From Chiloscyllium plagiosum (taxonomy: Eukaryota): a stretch of 51,173 nucleotides of DNA. Of the stretch, positions 46,408 through 51,173 are shown piece by piece (the first letter of the stretch is position 1; every line of letters starts with the position of its first letter). The DNA is taken from the NCBI RefSeq assembly GCF_004010195.1, contig NC_057748.1, forward strand, positions 27,852,156 through 27,903,328, read 5' to 3'. A model generated the notes under the pieces. The model had not been told where the DNA came from. It did not search any database and saw nothing but the letters and a program-made list of their open reading frames with translations. The position numbers and the translations under genes were made by a program.

Positions 46408-47615
46408 GAGGGAGTGGGTGCTGTCGGAGGGTCAGTGCTGAGGGAGTGGGCACTGTCGGAGGGGCAGCGCTGAGGGAGTGGGTGCTGTCGGAGGGTCAGT
46501 GCTGAGGGAGTGGGCACTGTCGGAGGGGCAGCGCTGAGGGAGTGGGTGCTGTCGGAGGGTCAGTGCTGAGGGAGTGGGCACTGTCGGAGGGGCAGCGCTG
46601 AGGGAGTGGGTGCTGTCGGAGGGTCAGTGCTGAGGGAGTGGGCACTGTCGGAGGGGCAGCGCTGAGGGAGTGGGTGCTGTCGGAGGGTCAGTGCTGAGGG
46701 AGTGGGCACTGTCGGAGGGGCAGCGCTGAGGGAGTGGGTGCTGTCGGAGGGTCAGTGCTGAGGGAGTGGGCACTGTCGGAGGGGCAGCGCTGAGGGAGTG
46801 GGTGCTGTCGGAGGGTCAGTGCTGAGGGAGTGGGCACTGTCGGAGGGGCAGCGCTGAGGGAGTGGGTGCTGTCGGAGGGTCAGTGCTGAGGGAGTGGGCA
46901 CTGTCGGAGGGGCAGCGCNNNNNNNNNNNNNNNNNNNNNNNNNNNNNNNNNNNNNNNNNNNNNNNNNNNNNNNNNNNNNNNNNNNNNNNNNNNNNNNNNN
47001 NNNNNNNNNNNNNNNNNNNNNNNNNNNNNNNNNNNNNNNNNNNNNNNNNNNNNNNNNNNNNNNNNNNNNNNNNNNNNNNNNNNNNNNNNNNNNNNNNNNN
47101 NNNNNNNNNNNNNNNNNNNNNNNNNNNNNNNNNNNNNNNNNNNNNNNNNNNNNNNNNNNNNNNNNNNNNNNNNNNNNNNNNNNNNNNNNNNNNNNNNNNN
47201 NNNNNNNNNNNNNNNNNNNNNNNNNNNNNNNNNNNNNNNNNNNNNNNNNNNNNNNNNNNNNNNNNNNNNNNNNNNNNNNNNNNNNNNNNNNNNNNNNNNN
47301 NNNNNNNNNNNNNNNNNNNNNNNNNNNNNNNNNNNNNNNNNNNNNNNNNNNNNNNNNNNNNNNNNNNNNNNNNNNNNNNNNNNNNNNNNNNNNNNNNNNN
47401 NNNNNNNNNNNNNNNNNNNNNNNNNNNNNNNNNNNNNNNNNNNNNNNNNNNNNNNNNNNNNNNNNNNNNNNNGGGAGCGGGTGCTGTCGGAGGGTCAGTG
47501 CTGAGGGAGTGGGTGCTGTGGGAGGTTAGTGCTGAGGGAGCGGGTGCTGTGGGAGGGTCAGTGCTGAGGGAGTGGGCGCTGTGAGAGGGTCAGTGCTGAG
47601 GGAGCGGGTGCTGTG
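46408..47615. repeat. 32-bp minisatellite arranged as a 64-bp dimer, gapped
   Basis: Strict alternation of TGCTGTCGGAGGGTCAGTGC and CACTGTCGGAGGGGCAGCGC units. Confidence 0.93.
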
Positions 47616-48994
47616 GGACAAATGTGTTGGACCTTGAAACCCATGTGGTCACCCTGCCCGTCTCGGAGACGGGCGAGCGATGGAGCTGGGCAACACCCGA
47701 GATCATCTCGAGCTCCTTTCAGACACATCCTTGTTGCAGGTTACCTGGTCTCTCTCTCTCCCTCCCACCTGAGACCAGTTAATCCCTTGAGGACATGACC
47801 AGCAGGGAGGCTGACATCACAGAACTCCAGTCCCACTTGGAATATCCCACACCCCCTGACATTCCTGACCCTGAGCTTATGCCCGAAACGTTGAATCTGC
47901 TGGAGTAAATCAGAGCGGGCAGCGCGTCCCTCAGCAGTACCGGGCAAAGGAGAGGCTAAGAGAGAGACAAACAGACAGACAGACAGACAGTCAGCCATGC
48001 AAATGCTTTATTCCATCGCTATCGTATAAGGACACCATCCTCTCCAGCATCGCCAACGTCGCTCCGTCAGACGCGATCTTCCTCCCCCTTCCTGCCACGT
48101 TCCTCCGGGACCTGGATTGGGAAGGGCTGACAAGGTGGACGGGAGTCACTTACATTCCAGCAGGCTACAATGGAAAAGGGGAGACCGTCACAAACTCTTG
48201 AGACCACCCCCAGACCAGATTTCACCCCCCCCTCCCCCACCAACACCGAAATACTTGAGGAAGACCCTCACGTAATCTTCATTTCAAGGCAAACGGGTAA
48301 CGCCCACGGGTCAAACCGCTGGTCACAAAGACGTTTATTTTAAGAAAGCTGGCGAGTTAACACAAAAACCAAAGGAATAACTCAACTATTAAAACACAAC
48401 CACCGATACAGTAACTCTGACTAACTTTTTCTTAATAAAATCCCTACAGTGTGGAAGCAGGCCATTCAGCCCATTGAGTCTATGCCAACCCTCCGAAGAG
48501 CATCCCATCCAGACTCATTCCCCCCATCTCTCCCCGAAACCCTGCATTTCCCCCATGGCCAATCCACCCTAACCTGCACATCCCTGGGCACTATGGGAAA
48601 ATTTAGCATGGGATGGAAATGTGTTGCTGGAAAAGCGCAGCAGGTCAGGCAGCATCTAGGGAACAGGAGAATCGACGTTTCAGGCATTAGCCCTTCTTCA
48701 NNNNNNNNNNNNNNNNNNNNNNNNNNNNNNNNNNNNNNNNNNNNNNNNNNNNNNNNNNNNNNNNNNNNNNNNNNNNNNNNNNNNNNNNNNNNNNNNNNNN
48801 NNNNNNNNNNNNNNNNNNNNNNNNNNNNNNNNNTGGGAAAATTTAGCATGGCCAATCCACCCTAACCTGCACATCCCTGGGCACTACGGGACAATTTAAT
48901 ATGTCCAATCCACCCTAACCTGTAGATGTATCGACTGTTCTAATGTAATCACAGCTCATACACACCCCGATGCAAATTCAGACAGTCACAGACC

Positions 48995-49215
48995 AGTCAT
49001 GGAGTCATACAGCACAGAAACAGACCCTTGGGTCCAAACAGTCCATAATCCCAATATAGACTCGTCTCACCTGCCTGCTCCTGGCCCAGGCACCCTCAAA
49101 CCTTTCCTGTTCATGGAGTTATTCAAATGTCTTTTAGACATTGTAACCGTACCTGCATCCACCACTTCCTCTTGAAGTTCATTTCACACGCAAACCACCC
49201 TCTGTGTAGAGAAAG
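48995..49215 (-). mobile_element. CR1-like LINE 3' fragment
   Basis: Reverse complement of the CR1 3'UTR and WNELxEEVV segment. Confidence 0.75.
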
Positions 49216-50003
49216 TTGCTCCTGATGGTTGCCTCACAGGGAATCCAGCGGTCTCAGAAGAGAACCTCTACCCCCAACCCCACAACAATCCAGCTATTGG
49301 CTCCCTTCTATTGAGAGAAGGGTGAAACAGGTTCTTCCAGACCCTGATAGCAATCTCTCAACGCTAACCCTAAAAACTGAATTTAAAAAAGCCATCAAAA
49401 ACTGAGAATGTCGGTTACGCCCGTTCAGGCTGCGTCTATTGTAGCAAATTTTCAGTGAAGCAACCCTGTAAAAGCTCTTTACTCTAGTGGCTTTGGGTAG
49501 ACTCTTTGGTGACTCTGCCTTACAATCTCTCTTCAAAACAAAAACAGGGCAAAAATAACCTCTCAAAGCTATGGGCCGTTGGGGTGTGCACACTGACATC
49601 CTGCCTCTTTAACAACATCACGTGAGGATCACATGCTGGCGTGTGTCTTTGGCTGTCTCCTGCACCTCAGGTGTTTGCTGTTGAGTCGACACTATGGCTC
49701 GCACAAATTTATTTTATACTGCTTTTGTTTTGTGAAGAAAGGTTGAGACAGATGGGCCGAGCAGTCTACAAAGTAGACAGCCTGCGTGGCCTCGGTGTTT
49801 TAAACTTGAAACAGTAGAAGCAGCCAGGCCGGGTGGGGTCAGGTCTCACAGAACCAGGATCTTTAGCTTTAGTTTTTCAGTTGCTGGGGTCTTACAGTTT
49901 AGAGACTGCAAGACATTGCTCCCTGCTTCTCTCTCTCTCTCTCTGTCTCCCTGTCTGTCTCTCTCTCTCTCTCTGAGTATTTCCCTCCCGGGCTGGAGAA
50001 TTT

Positions 50004-50311
50004 GGGCGGCACGGTGGTTAGCACTGCTGTCTCACAGCGCCAGAGACCCGGCTTCAATTCCCACTTCAGGCGACTGACTGTGTGGAGTTTGCACATTCTC
50101 CCTGTGTCTGCGTGGGTTTGCTCCGATTTCCTCCCACAGTCCAAAAATGTGCAGGTTAGGGTGAATTGGCCATGCTAAATTGCCCGTAGTGTTAGGTGAA
50201 GGGGTAAATGTAGGGGAATGGGTCTGGGTGGGTTGCTCTTCAGAGGGTCGGTGTGGACTTGTTGGACCGAAGGGCCAGTTTCCAAACTGTAAGTAATCTA
50301 ATCTAATCTAA
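50004..50311 (+). mobile_element. HE1-like V-SINE
   Basis: Homologous to 9068-9395; (TCTAA)n tail. Confidence 0.9.
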
Positions 50312-50424
50312 ATTACCCAGGAGACAACTTGTTTCGCTGAATCTGCCTTTGCTAAGGGTGTGTTTATGGGATGGAACTAGATTGGGGAACAATAATTAAA
50401 TGATCGCTTATTCTGTTAAGGGTG

Positions 50425-50905
50425 ACAGAACAGAGAGAGACCTTGGAGTGTAGGTTCATAGTCCCTTGAAAGTGGAGTCGCAGGTAGATAGGATAGTGAA
50501 GGCGACGTTTGGTATGCTTTCCTTTATTGGTCAGAGTATTGAGTACAGGAGTTGGGAGGTCATGTTGCGGCTGTACAGGACATTTTTGGAATACTGTGTG
50601 CAATTCTGATCTCCTTCCTATCGGAAAGATGTTGTGCATCTTGGAAAGGTTTCAGAAAAGATTTACAAGGATGTTGGAGGGTTTGAGCTACAGGGAGAGG
50701 CTGAACAGGCTGGGGCTGTTTTCCCTGGAGGGTCGGAGGCTGAGGGGTGACCTTATAGAGGTTTATAAAACCATGAGGGGACATGGATAGGGTAAATGGG
50801 CAAGGTCTTTTCCCAAGGGTAGGGGAGCCCAAACATTCACGGTGAGAGGGGGAAAGATTTAAAAGGGACACTTTTTCATGCAGAGGGTGGTGTGTGTGTG
50901 TGGAA
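50425..50905 (+). mobile_element. CR1-like LINE fragment
   Basis: Near-identical to 44700-45190. Confidence 0.88.
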
Positions 50906-51173
50906 TGGACAATAGACAATCGGTGCAGGAGTAGGCCATTCTGCCCTTCGAGCCTGCACCACCATTCAATATGATCTTGGCTGATCTTCCTTAATCAGTA
51001 TCCTGTTCCTGCCTTATCCCCATAACCCTTGATTCCACTATCCTTGAGAGCTCTATCCAACTCTTTCTTAAATGAATGCAGAGACTGGGCCTCCACTGCC
51101 TTCTGGGGCAGAGCATTCCACACAGCCACCACTCTCTGGGTCAAGAAGTTTCTCCTCATCTCTGTCCTAAATG

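Noticed and set aside
47741-47998. 85-aa ORF with a signal-peptide-like start (MADCLSVCLFVSLL...)
   Set aside because: The hydrophobic start comes from a (TGTC)n microsatellite, part overlaps a Penelope remnant, and there is no recognisable family motif (no Gla/osteocalcin pattern).
48362-48370. Perfect RSS nonamer ACAAAAACC
   Set aside because: No CACAGTG-like heptamer 12 or 23 nt upstream and no V/J segment nearby.

Overview
Repeat-rich vertebrate DNA from an elasmobranch (shark-type), judged by HE1-like V-SINEs, CR1/HER1-like LINEs and Penelope-derived fragments; several N gaps. Two spliced genes converge. (1) On + (4353-18590), an 8-exon, ~341-aa non-rearranging antigen-receptor-like IgSF gene that the ORF track only partly shows: leader, germline-joined V(J-like) domain, C1 domain, uncharged TM with a membrane-proximal Cys, and a cytoplasmic tail ending in an ITIM-like PLYASL motif (PRARP/VJC1-like architecture). 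(2) On -, the first four coding exons (51/128/206/127 nt) of PAQR6 (membrane progestin receptor delta). Its last exons are not visible and probably lie in an exactly 500-N gap. A decayed copy of PAQR6 exon 2 sits inside a SINE. Penelope-type repeats carry several minimal hammerhead ribozyme motifs. The rest is LINE/SINE/LTR debris and minisatellites, which account for most long ORFs in the track.
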